IMG/VR virus record: IMGVR_UViG_3300031992_004563 | Location: 265,798-329,797 of that record | Origin: a virus | Lineage: Duplodnaviria > Heunggongvirae > Uroviricota > Caudoviricetes | Length of the DNA: 64,000 nucleotides | Direction: 5' to 3' (one strand) | Shown here: in pieces, positions 19,148-29,803 of the stretch | Position numbering within the stretch: position 1 is the first letter of the stretch | Layout: every line of letters starts with the position of its first letter | Notes under the pieces: model-generated | Databases searched by the model: none | What the model was told of the DNA's origin: nothing | Seen by the model: only the letters and a program-made list of their open reading frames with translations | Translations under genes and position numbers: made by a program

Positions 19148-21727
19148 ATGAAAAAAGAAAAGATTAATACTGATAGATTATTTGGAAAGCCTTTAAACGA
19201 AACAGACATTTATTAGGTTCCACCAACAGATGAAAATGGAAATGTTCATATGTTTTCAATTGATTAGCTTGCTGCAATTTATGAAGCAATGAAGCCATTA
19301 TTAAATGCATAGGAATTATAGGATTTTAATGATATGTCTCCTGAAGATTAGGAACAATATTTAACAGGCTTTGGTGCAAATATATTAGAATGGAAAAAAG
19401 CTAAAGAAGCAGCAAATGATCCTGACTCAGACGAATAGAAACCTGGTATGCCAGGACAACAACCACCAGAAGATGGTTTAGACCATTGGCAACCAGTAAA
19501 AAAATCAAAAAATAAAAGTCAACAAGGATAGCAACCAAAAGGCAATAAAGTTTATTCAGATATTCAAGAAGAACTTGATAAAATTGAATAGGAAAATCAA
19601 TAGGCTGAATAGGATGCAGAAAATAGTAACAATCAATCTGCTGATAGTAGTGATGCATAGGATATTGCAGATAACGCAAATGATATTGCATCTTCTGCAC
19701 AAAAAATGGCAGATGCAGCTTAGGCCGCTGCTGATGCTGCACAAAATGCGGCAGATTAGGCAGATGAAAATGCTCGTGATTCCGGCTCACCAAAGGATGT
19801 AAGAAATGCTGATAGATCTTAGAATTCAGCAGATGCTGCATAGGATTTAGCAAATCAAGCAAAAGAAGCAGCTGAAAGAGCATCTCAATTAGCAAAGGAT
19901 GCATAGGAAGCTGCTGATAGAGGTGATACATTAGAAGCTGAAAGAAAAACTAAAGAAGCGTATGATGCGGCTAAAGAAGCATCTAATAAAACTAGAGCCG
20001 CATAGATAAATGCAAAAGATGCATTAAATGCAAGTAAATAGACAGCACAAAATCAACCTGGCCAAAATGGTCAAGGACAATCAGGTCCAGGTCAAAATGG
20101 TCAAGGACAATCAGATAGTGATATTAATAATATGTCTGCATAGGATGCTGCTAATGCTGCTCAACAATCTGCTACAAATGCTCAAAATTAGGCAAATCAA
20201 GCATAGGCAGCCGCTGATGCAGCATAGGAAAAAGCAGATACATCTGGAAGTTCGGCTGATTAGGCAAAAGCAGATGCGGCTCAATAGGCAGCCGATAATG
20301 CTCAATCAGCTGCTGATTAGGCATAGGCCGCTGCTAATGCTGCTCAACAGGCAGCCGACAATGGAAATACATCTTCAGCACAACAATAGGCAAAAAATGC
20401 AAGAGATGCTGCAAATAGTGCTCAACAATATGCTCAGTCTGCTCAATAGAATACTGGACAATCTGGTCAACAATCTTCACAAATGTCAGGAGGCGAATCA
20501 GGTCAGAAAGGACAAAACAGTGAATAGGGTTCTGGCCAAGAATCTAATTCACAAGGCCAAAGCCAAGCTGGTTCAAATTCAGGTCAATTAGATCCAAATG
20601 GACGTCATGGATAGATTGGTAAACCTGGACAATAGGGCCAACAAGGACAACCTGGTGATATGGATGATGCCGATACAGACCCAACATTAAAAAAGGTTGA
20701 TAATAAATTTGACCAAAATGGCGAAATTGTTCATAAAAGGCCTGTAAGTCTTGATATGCCATTTGATGGAAATGATTTTGTTGCAAATGATGAAGAAATG
20801 AGAGAAAAATGTCGTGAAATGGCAGAACGTGCAGGTCAGCCACTTGACGCAGATGATTATATTTCTCCACAAGAATATGCTACAAGAAAATATCAAGAAG
20901 CAAAATCTGCATTACAAAAATGGAAACAAAATACACCTGGTTCTGCTGGTAATCCTCCTGGATATCTTACAGAAGTAATGGATAGATTATTTGCTACAGA
21001 AATTGATTGGCGTGATTTAGTTCAAGAATTTATGACAGATAAATCACCTGAAGATATTATTGATGTATGGTCTAAACGCCGTATGGGATTGCCTGATACA
21101 CACCCATTCCATAGAGGAAGATATTTGCATCCTTATGAAGATTTTGAAGAAAGAAGATCAGGTATTGCACAAGTATTCTTCTTAGTGGATGCATCTGGTT
21201 CTATGGGTGTAACTGCAGGTGATGGCAGAAATATATTTGAACATATTATGTCAGAACTTATTCAAATTGAATTATAGGTTAAAATTAAACGTTCTGCATA
21301 TGCAACATTTAATGCTGGTCATATTTATAGAGATGATATTTTCACTTGGACATATCAAGATGCAATGGATGAAGAATCATTAATGGAAGAATTTAAATTA
21401 CCTTCTGCTGGTGGTGGAACATCTGCAATAGAGGGTATTAAATCTATTCAAGAATATGAAGATGTATATAGTACAAATGACCCATGGACATTATTAATTG
21501 TAGTAACTGATGGTGGTGACTATTATGAAGGATTAAAAGATATTTGTAAAGACCCAGAATAGGTTGAACATATGTTATGGATTATAACAGCCGAAGGCGA
21601 AGATTATTTTAAAGGCAGAATTAAAGCTTTAGGTGAACAAGGTGTTCCTAGTGATCATATTGTATGTGTAGATATTAATAAAGAATGGGGTGTAGATGAA
21701 GAAATGGTTAAAAAGAGCAAAAGATAA
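19148..21727 (+). CDS. von Willebrand factor A (VWA/MIDAS) domain protein with a long N-terminal Ala/Gln-rich low-complexity region; about 40 in-frame TAG codons
   Basis: ATG at 19148 is in frame 2 with track ORFs 20660-21277 and 21365-21562, and there are no TAA or TGA codons until 21725-21727. The MIDAS motif VFFLVDASGSMG is present. TAG codons replace CAA/CAG in parallel AAQ-AADNA repeats. Confidence 0.65.
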
Positions 21728-21796
21728 TTAATGCCACATTTATATTAAAATAAATAATAAAATAAGATAATATATAAAAATATATAATATTTTAAA

Positions 21797-23752
21797 ATGA
21801 AGAGAAATTTAAATGAAAATGCACATTTAGACGAAGGTGTAAAAATTTGTGTATCTGAAATTCGTAATGATGATCAATCAATGGATTGCAATGAATTAAG
21901 AGATATCTTTGTTGAAGAAGGTGCTGAAGTAGAAGGCAGTCATGGTTTTTATGATGGTGCGCCTGCAACATTCATGACAGTTTACAATTTAAATAAAGAT
22001 AGAGTTGTAGAAATTCTTCAAGATTTTTTAAATGCATCTGAAGATGTAGCTCCAGCAGAAGACTATATTCAAGAAGATGAAGAATTAGAAAACGATTTTC
22101 CTGCATATGAAGACGTTGAAGCTGAAAATGATTTAGATCCTGAAGAAGATGCATTAAATGACGAAGCATTATTAGAAGGTGATAATATTCTTGATGATGC
22201 TAAAGAAGAATTAAGAGATGTATTATCACGTATAGATGATGAGATTTATCTTAGTTATGATGGAATTGTATTGGATACTGTTTTATCAGATGACAATTTA
22301 ACCGTATATTCTATTGATTCTGATGGTAATATGGAAACTAATGAGGAAGATATTGTAAATGCATTTGATTTAACAGATGCCGATGATATCTTTACATTAT
22401 GTGACGTTATTAAAGATGCTTTAGAATTTGATGCTCAATATCCTGCATATGATGACGTTGATATTGATGACGATGAATAGCCACGATTTGAAAAAATGAA
22501 ACGTCATGGTCGTCTTGATGAAAAGAAGAAAAATGATTGTTGCCCAGGTACAGGTAAAGTAAATGAGGCTGAAGCAATTGATGCAGTATTAACTGATATT
22601 GATGCACAAGTTTTAAATGAGTCTAAAGAAGCTGAAGCTAAAAAACAAAATGCATTAGAAGTTAAAACTTTAAAAGCATTATCTGAAAATCAACATTCAT
22701 TACATTCTAATATTAGTTATAATGGCAAAACATTTGATAAGATGACACTTAAAGAGTTAAAGAATTTATATGAAACTGTTAATGCATCTGTTGAAGAATT
22801 AACTAATAAAACACTTAATGAAAGTGCAATAGATGAAAAATTATTAAACACAATTAATAATAAGAAACAACTTCTTAACTATCTTGATGAAGAAATTACA
22901 TACAGAACAACTCGTATGGAATGCTTAAAGAAACTTAATGAAGATGGCGCTGAAATTTCTGATGAAGAATTAAAGAACTTATTTGGACCAGCACAAGGTG
23001 AAGAAGAAACACCTGCTGAAAACAAAGAAGAATCATCTAAGGAAAATAAAGAAGAAAGTTCAGAAGAAAACAAAGAAGAATCATCTGATGAAAATTCAGA
23101 AGAAGATGGTGAAACTGTTGAATTATCACGTATTGTAATTACATTAAAAGATTCTGAAGCCGCAAATGATTTAAAACAAGCTTGTATTGAAGCAGAAATT
23201 CCAGAAGATGCATTTGAATTAGAAAATGTTGAAGAAGAATCAGCAACTGAAGATGAAGAAAATTCAGAAGAAAATAAAGAATCTGATGAAAATTCAGAAG
23301 AAAATTCAGAAGAAAACACTGAAGAAAATGCAAATGAATCTTATGAATATGCTAAATATGTTAAGTATTTAATGGAAGGTGAAATTCCTACAGAAGAACA
23401 ACCTGCAGAAGAAGCTCCAGTCGAAGATCAACAACCAGAAGAAAATGCTGAAGAAAATTCAGAAGAAAATAAAGAATCTGATGAAAATTCAGAAGAAGAT
23501 GAAGAAGATAAACAACCTAAATTTATTTTAACTAATACAGATTATGCATCTAAATTAGCTAAAGTATTAGAAGATGTTTATGGAATTTCTAAAGAAGAAT
23601 TCGAAGAAATGGTTGGTGGTAAAATTGTAGAAGAAGATTCAGAAGAAGAAAACAAAGATGAAAATTCTGAAGAAAATAAAGAAGAAAGTTCAGAAGAAAA
23701 TAAAAATGATGAGGAAGAAATTGATCCATCAGATTTATTTAAAAATCTCTAA
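21797..23752 (+). CDS. Hyperacidic repetitive protein (ENSEENKEES repeats); one in-frame TAG (22478-22480) joins the two track ORFs
   Basis: ORFs 21797-22480 and 22496-23752 share frame 2 and are separated by a single TAG. D/E content is extreme. Confidence 0.45.
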
Positions 23753-24149
23753 TATATGAATTACAAGCGCATCCAATTTTTGAATTGGGTGTTTGCTCGT
23801 TTTTCAATTAGTTTTCATTTTTAGAAGGAGTGGCTTGTGAAAGTCATTCCTTTGTTTATATAATAAACAAAACAATATATAAATCGTATAATAATCAAGA
23901 TATAGTGTTTTTATGATAATAAATAAACTGAAAAATGAAAACTAATTTTAATGAAGATAAATGAATTTATCAATATTGCTAAAGAATTTATTATAACACA
24001 ATATAATAGATTTATTGTTTTTGTTAAAAATGTGTTTAATAAAAAACCTAAAATAAATAAACAAACAGATAACAATGACATTCATATTGTAAAAGTTAAA
24101 GTTAAAAATGTCAAAGTTAAAATTAAATGAAAACTAATTTATAAACAAT

Positions 24150-25241
24150 ATGGCACAAACTAGATTTTTTCAACATTTAAATGAGAATGAAAGTGATTTT
24201 CAAAAAGTGACTACATTGGAATATATTGATAATTCTGATGGTTTTTCTATGTATTATTTTAAAGATGGATCTAAATGTAATAAAACTTATATTGCACCTG
24301 TAAATGCTAATTCAATTGAAGGATTTGAATTTGCAGAGGTTACAAGTCCTGGTAATGTATGGAAACTAAAAAAAGTTATTCCTGTGCAAGAAAAAAGGCA
24401 AACAGCTGTTAATGCAGATGGTGTTTTAGTAGAAGCTCCTACATGGGAAGAATTTACAAATAGTAAAGCAGAACGTAAAACACGCGTAGATGTTTTAGGA
24501 AAACCATTAAAGGTTGATAATTATGAAATTCCAAATGATAGTGATTATTCTGTACAAGCTTATATGGATGCATTAAAAACAAAACCTAAAACTGCACCTG
24601 TACCTGCGCCTGCACAATCATTTGATTTTAATAATGATACACAAAAATCTGCAAAAAAAGTTGAAACACAAAAGCCTGAATTGCTTAATAAACTTGCTGA
24701 AGTATCAGTTGTAGATGATACAATGTATATTTATATGGATCCATTTATAAAAAATGTTAAAAATGTTGAATTTATTTTTGAAAACAAAAATCGTTGTGAA
24801 ATGACAGCCGATGAGTTTATAGATAATGCATTAACACCAAAAGAAGAAAAAGTTGTTGAAAAAGTCGTTGAAAAAGAAGTTGTAGTTAAAACATCTGATA
24901 CAGATATTGATCTTGGAATTGATAATGTTCAAAAAGGTTTATTAGACAATATGATTGATATGTCTAATAAAATGGAATGTGCAATTGATATGGAATTAAC
25001 TTTAAAACTTCCACCATCATCTGTTTATAAACTTATTAAATCGGTTTATCCTGAAGGAATGGATAAAGGGTTTGTTAATATTCTTGCAAATAGAATGCAG
25101 GTTAAAGAGCTTAAAGAATCTGTGGCTGAAGGATTATTAGCATTTTATGACGATGAATATAATAATGAAGATTCTAATAAAAATAATGGTAATGATTCTA
25201 ATATTACCGATACTGTTAAAAAACCAGGTCGTAAAAAATAG
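24150..25241 (+). CDS. Hypothetical protein; ends with TAG then TAA two codons later
   Basis: 363-aa ORF. TAG 25239-25241 is followed by ACA GTA TAA. Confidence 0.5.
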   Translation: MAQTRFFQHLNENESDFQKVTTLEYIDNSDGFSMYYFKDGSKCNKTYIAPVNANSIEGFEFAEVTSPGNVWKLKKVIPVQEKRQTAVNADGVLVEAPTWEEFTNSKAERKTRVDVLGKPLKVDNYEIPNDSDYSVQAYMDALKTKPKTAPVPAPAQSFDFNNDTQKSAKKVETQKPELLNKLAEVSVVDDTMYIYMDPFIKNVKNVEFIFENKNRCEMTADEFIDNALTPKEEKVVEKVVEKEVVVKTSDTDIDLGIDNVQKGLLDNMIDMSNKMECAIDMELTLKLPPSSVYKLIKSVYPEGMDKGFVNILANRMQVKELKESVAEGLLAFYDDEYNNEDSNKNNGNDSNITDTVKKPGRKK

Positions 25242-25292
25242 ACAGTATAATATTTCATTATAAATAATAAAAATCATTTTTTAGTTTTATTA

Positions 25293-25763
25293 ATGAATAC
25301 AATATATATGACATCTGATAGTGAGAATAAGTTGAGGTCAATATATACAAATTTAAAAAACTATTATATATTAGATGTATAGTCTTTTATAAAAAGTTTA
25401 AATTTGGATATGAATAAACAAAGTAGTATATTCATTATTAATGATGAAATACAAACTTTAGTGAGTTCATAGTTGAAACTTAAAAAATATAAAGGTGTCA
25501 TATATATTAATCATCATTTATCAAAAGAATTATACAATTCATTTAAACTTTATTTTTAGAAATGTGGAGAAGATATTAAAATTGTCTTAATTGACAATGG
25601 ATAGTTTCCAAAGCATTAGGATATAATGGATATATTTGATGAAGTTATTTTCTATGAAAGATTTAGAAAAAATAAAATCGTAGAATTTAATGGTTTTGAT
25701 AAAAATCAAAATGACGTCATTAATAATATTAATATGGATGAAAATGATTTAGGCGATGAATAA
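25293..25763 (+). CDS. Small hypothetical protein with 5 in-frame TAG codons
   Basis: ATG at 25293. Frame 0 is open to TAA 25761-25763 apart from the TAGs. TAATG overlap with the next gene. Confidence 0.4.
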
Positions 25764-27907
25764 TGAAATACTTTACATTTGAATAGTTTAGTCGTTCTGA
25801 TACAGCAAAAAGGAAAAATATAGATAATTCTGTTCCGTCTGATCTTAGACCACATGCTGAAGAATTAATTAATAATATATTAGATCCTTTACGTGATGCG
25901 TGGGGTAGTGATTTATATTTAACCTCTGCCTATCGTGGTTATGCACTTAATAAAGCTGTAGGTGGTTCTACGACATCTGCACATTCTTATGCGTATGCAG
26001 CTGATTTAGTTCCAAAAAATGGAAAAACTCTTGAATTTAAAGAGTTTGCAATGAAATGGCTTCTTAATAATGGAGTCAATTTTGATTAGTTTATTGATGA
26101 ATATAGTGGAAAAAGTTCATGGGTTCATATAGGTATTCGTAATGGTAGTGGAAATTAGAGAAAACAATATTTAAAATACCTTAATGGAAAATACACATCA
26201 ATTAATCCAAATATATATAAGCCTGGTTCTAACTCACAATCTTCTACGTCATCTGCGTTACCAAGTTTTGGTGGTTCATCTTCTAGTTCTTCACAATCAA
26301 CAGGAATTAATGTTACTGAAATAACAACCGGTGGCAGTACACAAACTGGTAGCACTGAAGGATTATTAAAAGGTCGTTCAGTCTATTTAAAAGATATAGA
26401 TTATGAAGGCATTAAAGCAAACGATGTTTTTGCAAAAGATGAATCAGGTGAGCCATTGCTTGATGAAAATGGAGATTTTATTATTTCTGACGCATATTTA
26501 ATGGATGGTGCAAATGAATCTGAATCTGATGCTATTGAAAGCACTGATGAATTAGATCCAGAACCATTTGATTTTGATATGTCATCTATTACTATTGAAA
26601 ATACTGAATAGATGAAAGGCATTCAATATAATGCCGATGGTTCATATGTTGTTAAATAGAGTAAAACCATTCAAGAAATAATGGCATTAGTTCAACAATG
26701 GTGGCAAATGATTCAATCTTTAAAGAAAATTGATTTTAAACATATTTAGGATTCAATTAAAAACGTAAAAGCAGAGACTGAAAATGCAGAGACTCCATCT
26801 ATTAATGCAATGGTTTATATGAAAGCAGCATTCGATATGTATGGACATGCATATAGAGAAGGAATGACTTGCCCAATTTGTGGAAAGAAAGCAAGATTTT
26901 TACCACCTGGTGGATATTGTTCCATTGAGTGTTTGTTAAAAGCTGTAAAAGATAAATCACTTGCATTTCTAATGTCTCCTAATGATAAGTATGGTTGGCT
27001 TCAAGAAATTATTGATCAATTATGTGCGGTATTGGATTTAACAAATTTATTAATTAATTCAATAGTATTAATTCCTGACATTATTAGAGAATTGGCATAG
27101 CTTCCATAGGAATATAAAGATTATGTATAGGCAAAAATTGCTGAAGGGTTTGCAGAATTATAGGAATTAATTCAAAAAGCAATGGTTAAGAAAAATGAAT
27201 TGCTTGCAAAAATATTAAAACCTATTAATTTTGGTATTATTGCAAAACCTGTTGCAATGGCAATGCAGGTAATTGAAGTTATTAGAAATGCATTATAGGT
27301 TGCATAGGAAGCATTTAATATGGCATTTGATGTTGTTAAAATGATATTAAGTAAATTATCATTACCAAGTGTTGCACCAGGATTAGTTCTTCCAGCAGAA
27401 TCATTTGCGTGGTCATTAACTCCAAGATCATTTATAAGCCCAATGCCATATACATGCCCAGATGCAGGTAAAATATTTGTGGTTTTGCCTGGTGGCAGCG
27501 GTGCACCTATACAGGGTTTAAAACCTTTGTTGCCATCAGCACTATAGGATCTTAATATGGAATCAATAGATTCAGTAATTTAGGGATTATTTCCACCATT
27601 AACGCCAATGGATTATTATTTAGAGCCAGAATTATTTCAAATAAGATATCTGTTCAGTGATCAAAGTGATTTAGTTTTTTAGATTAGGCAACAATTAGAA
27701 GATTTTTTAAGATGCGGTCCAGATTATCTTCCAAAATTTGAAAATTTATTACCAATTAAAATGTTTACATTTGGAAAAGGCACACCTAATGAAATATAGA
27801 TTCCACTTCCAAATATGGGATATTTATGGTTTTTATTAGGATTACTGGATGCATGGGCACCTCATAGCCAATCAATGGTAGGAAGTATATTAAATCCTGC
27901 AATATAA
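25763..27907 (+). CDS. Large protein with an N-terminal peptidase M15 (D-Ala-D-Ala carboxypeptidase/lysin-like) domain; many in-frame TAGs; candidate tail-associated lysin or tape-measure-like protein
   Basis: Motifs LTSAYRGYALNKAVGGSTTSAHSYAYAADL match the Zn-dependent M15/VanY-type fold. Track ORFs 26810 and 27320 and the TAGs at 25784 and 26087 are all in frame 2. Terminates at TAA 27905-27907. Confidence 0.55.
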
Positions 27908-27909
27908 TA

Positions 27910-27938
27910 AAAGGAATGCACTAGAATGCATTCCTTTC
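27910..27938. terminator. Bidirectional hairpin (AAGGAATGCA…TGCATTCCTT) between convergent genes
   Basis: Perfect 10-bp inverted repeat. Confidence 0.5.
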
Positions 27939-27966
27939 TGTTTATATATAAACTATTACTATTAAC

Positions 27967-28296
27967 TCAATACCCAAGTTCTGCGCCTAAAGCTGACATT
28001 ACTAATGATGAAGTCATCAATTTTCCTAAAGTTCCATTTTGATCAATGCCAAGTATCTTACAAATTGCTTTCATAATTGCCGGCCCAATTGTTGCACCTG
28101 CAACACCACCAAGAAGTGCAGTAAATAACCCTTCATCCATCACATCGTCTATTGACTTTCCTTCTTCCTATGCAATTGCAGCCGATTCAACAATATAGTT
28201 AAAAAGCTTCTTTGCATTTTGAACTTCTTTTACTGAAACTTTACTTAAATCTACTCCTTCAAATAATTCATTAGTTGCATGTGAATGCTAAATCAT
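27967..28296 (-). CDS. Small Gly/Ala-rich hydrophobic protein with two in-frame TAGs (possible membrane protein)
   Basis: Minus-strand ATG at 28296, TGA stop at 27967-27969, 110 codons. Segment LLGGVAGATIGPAIMKAI. Confidence 0.3.
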
Positions 28297-28323
28297 AATA
28301 ACCTTTATTATTTTTATTATTTA

Positions 28324-28488
28324 TTAAAATAAGTTGTTTTTAGGTTTCTTTTTTCCGCCAACAATTGTAAATTTTTTTGTTGGTTCTTTTTGTTCAGCTT
28401 TTATAATTAAATCTGGAGCTTTAGATAATTCAAGATTTTTATGTCCACAACCTGGACAAAATGTTGCTATTTTTGGATCTAATTTCAT
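28324..28488 (-). CDS. Small zinc-ribbon protein (CPGCGH)
   Basis: 54-aa ORF directly after the stop of 28490-28888. Confidence 0.35.
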   Translation of the reverse strand: MKLDPKIATFCPGCGHKNLELSKAPDLIIKAEQKEPTKKFTIVGGKKKPKNNLF

Positions 28489-28489
28489 A

Positions 28490-28888
28490 TTATTTCTTAA
28501 TTTGTTGAATATTATTCAAATTAAATTTTTTAAGCTTAAATTCATTATTACCAACAACTGAACAATTAAAAATAAAATTATCTTTATCAAATTTATGAAC
28601 AACACATCCTTCATAAAGTTGATCATCTTTATCTGAATGCCATCTATATTTTGGCCTAAGTTCTTCTACTGGTATATCTAAATCAATACCTAAATTTTTT
28701 GCATTTAATAAACGTCTAGATTCGAAATATGATTTTTCATTTTCTAATTGTTGTTTCTTTTCTTCTTTTTCATCTTCCAAATCTTGAATATCTTGTTCTT
28801 CTTGAAATTCTTCTTCTAAATCTTGCATTAGCATTTGTTCTTCAAGATCCACATTGTCAATATCATAGTTAATATCATTTACGTCCAT
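28490..28888 (-). CDS. Hypothetical protein with an acidic N-terminus
   Basis: 132-aa ORF. Confidence 0.45.
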   Translation of the reverse strand: MDVNDINYDIDNVDLEEQMLMQDLEEEFQEEQDIQDLEDEKEEKKQQLENEKSYFESRRLLNAKNLGIDLDIPVEELRPKYRWHSDKDDQLYEGCVVHKFDKDNFIFNCSVVGNNEFKLKKFNLNNIQQIKK

Positions 28889-28946
28889 GTTAACCCATAT
28901 TATTAATTTTCTTTGTATTTATTTCGTTTCATTTTCAAAAAAGTTA

Positions 28947-29708
28947 TCAGTCTATGTGCCAATAATTATTCCTAATAACTTTATATTCATATACATTCTG
29001 TGTATTATAGTCAATATCATCATTTTGTTTATCACGAATATCAGAAGGATCAATATTTTTATCTTCTTGAATAACTAATGGAATTGATGGAATATATGTA
29101 TTTAATTCTGGTTTATCCATTGGAGCCCTGTATAAAGGCCCATCAGCAACCCAAAGAAATTTATCAATAAAATCCAAATAATATTCCATTCCTTTTCGTG
29201 AAAGAGCATACATTGATGTAGTCCATAACCCAACACCTGGGTGTTTTACCCACCATTTAGACTCATCCATATAGTCTTTAATTCTTGGATCAGCCGTAAA
29301 ACCACCAAATTGAAGAATATCAAAATCTTCTGGAATATTTTTTAAAAATTCTTCCCATGCAACATGATCTTTTAAAAATCTAATATCATCTTCCATAATA
29401 AGACAATATTCATATCCTTGGTCATATGCTTGTTTAACCATTGAATAATGATTATGCGTGCAATCATATTCATTAGGTTTTGTTAATTTACCTAATTTAT
29501 TTTGATTTAGAACATACATCATCACTTTATTGTATTTCGAAAATGGTACAGTTGTTCTAATATCAAGTTCTTCTTGTGTATATAAATCTTCTAAAAGACC
29601 AAAATCTCGAAGTTGTTTAAGCATTAAATCTCTCCTATCCTTACGAGTGGAGAGATTTAACATAAAGATATGTTGAAATTTTGAAAGTAGTGTATAGTAA
29701 ATATTCAT
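28947..29708 (-). CDS. Glycosyltransferase family 25-like (LPS/LOS glycosyltransferase)
   Basis: N-terminal motif LNLSTRKDRRDLMLKQL is typical of GT25. Confidence 0.6.
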   Translation of the reverse strand: MNIYYTLLSKFQHIFMLNLSTRKDRRDLMLKQLRDFGLLEDLYTQEELDIRTTVPFSKYNKVMMYVLNQNKLGKLTKPNEYDCTHNHYSMVKQAYDQGYEYCLIMEDDIRFLKDHVAWEEFLKNIPEDFDILQFGGFTADPRIKDYMDESKWWVKHPGVGLWTTSMYALSRKGMEYYLDFIDKFLWVADGPLYRAPMDKPELNTYIPSIPLVIQEDKNIDPSDIRDKQNDDIDYNTQNVYEYKVIRNNYWHID

Positions 29709-29803
29709 TTCAAGACACTTTATTTTAATTATAATAGTTCAATTATTTAAATTGTTTAAATTCACTAGAGTGTATCTAAATTATAATAGTAATTAATTTA
29801 ATA

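Noticed and set aside
19550-20650. Low-complexity GCA/GCT/TAG/CAA-rich region producing overlapping ORFs on both strands (19401-19931, 19556-19744, 20111-20305 and others)
   Set aside because: All alternative-frame ORFs are artefacts of the Ala/Gln-rich coding repeat of the VWA gene. Only frame 2 on the + strand is continuous to the VWA domain.
242-27907. In-frame TAGs explained as a pseudogenised or degraded prophage region
   Set aside because: Only TAG, never TAA or TGA, interrupts these frames across more than 10 kb of coding sequence. Repeats and domains continue across the TAGs, and TAG substitutes for CAA/CAG in parallel repeats. Decay would scatter all three stops and frameshifts.
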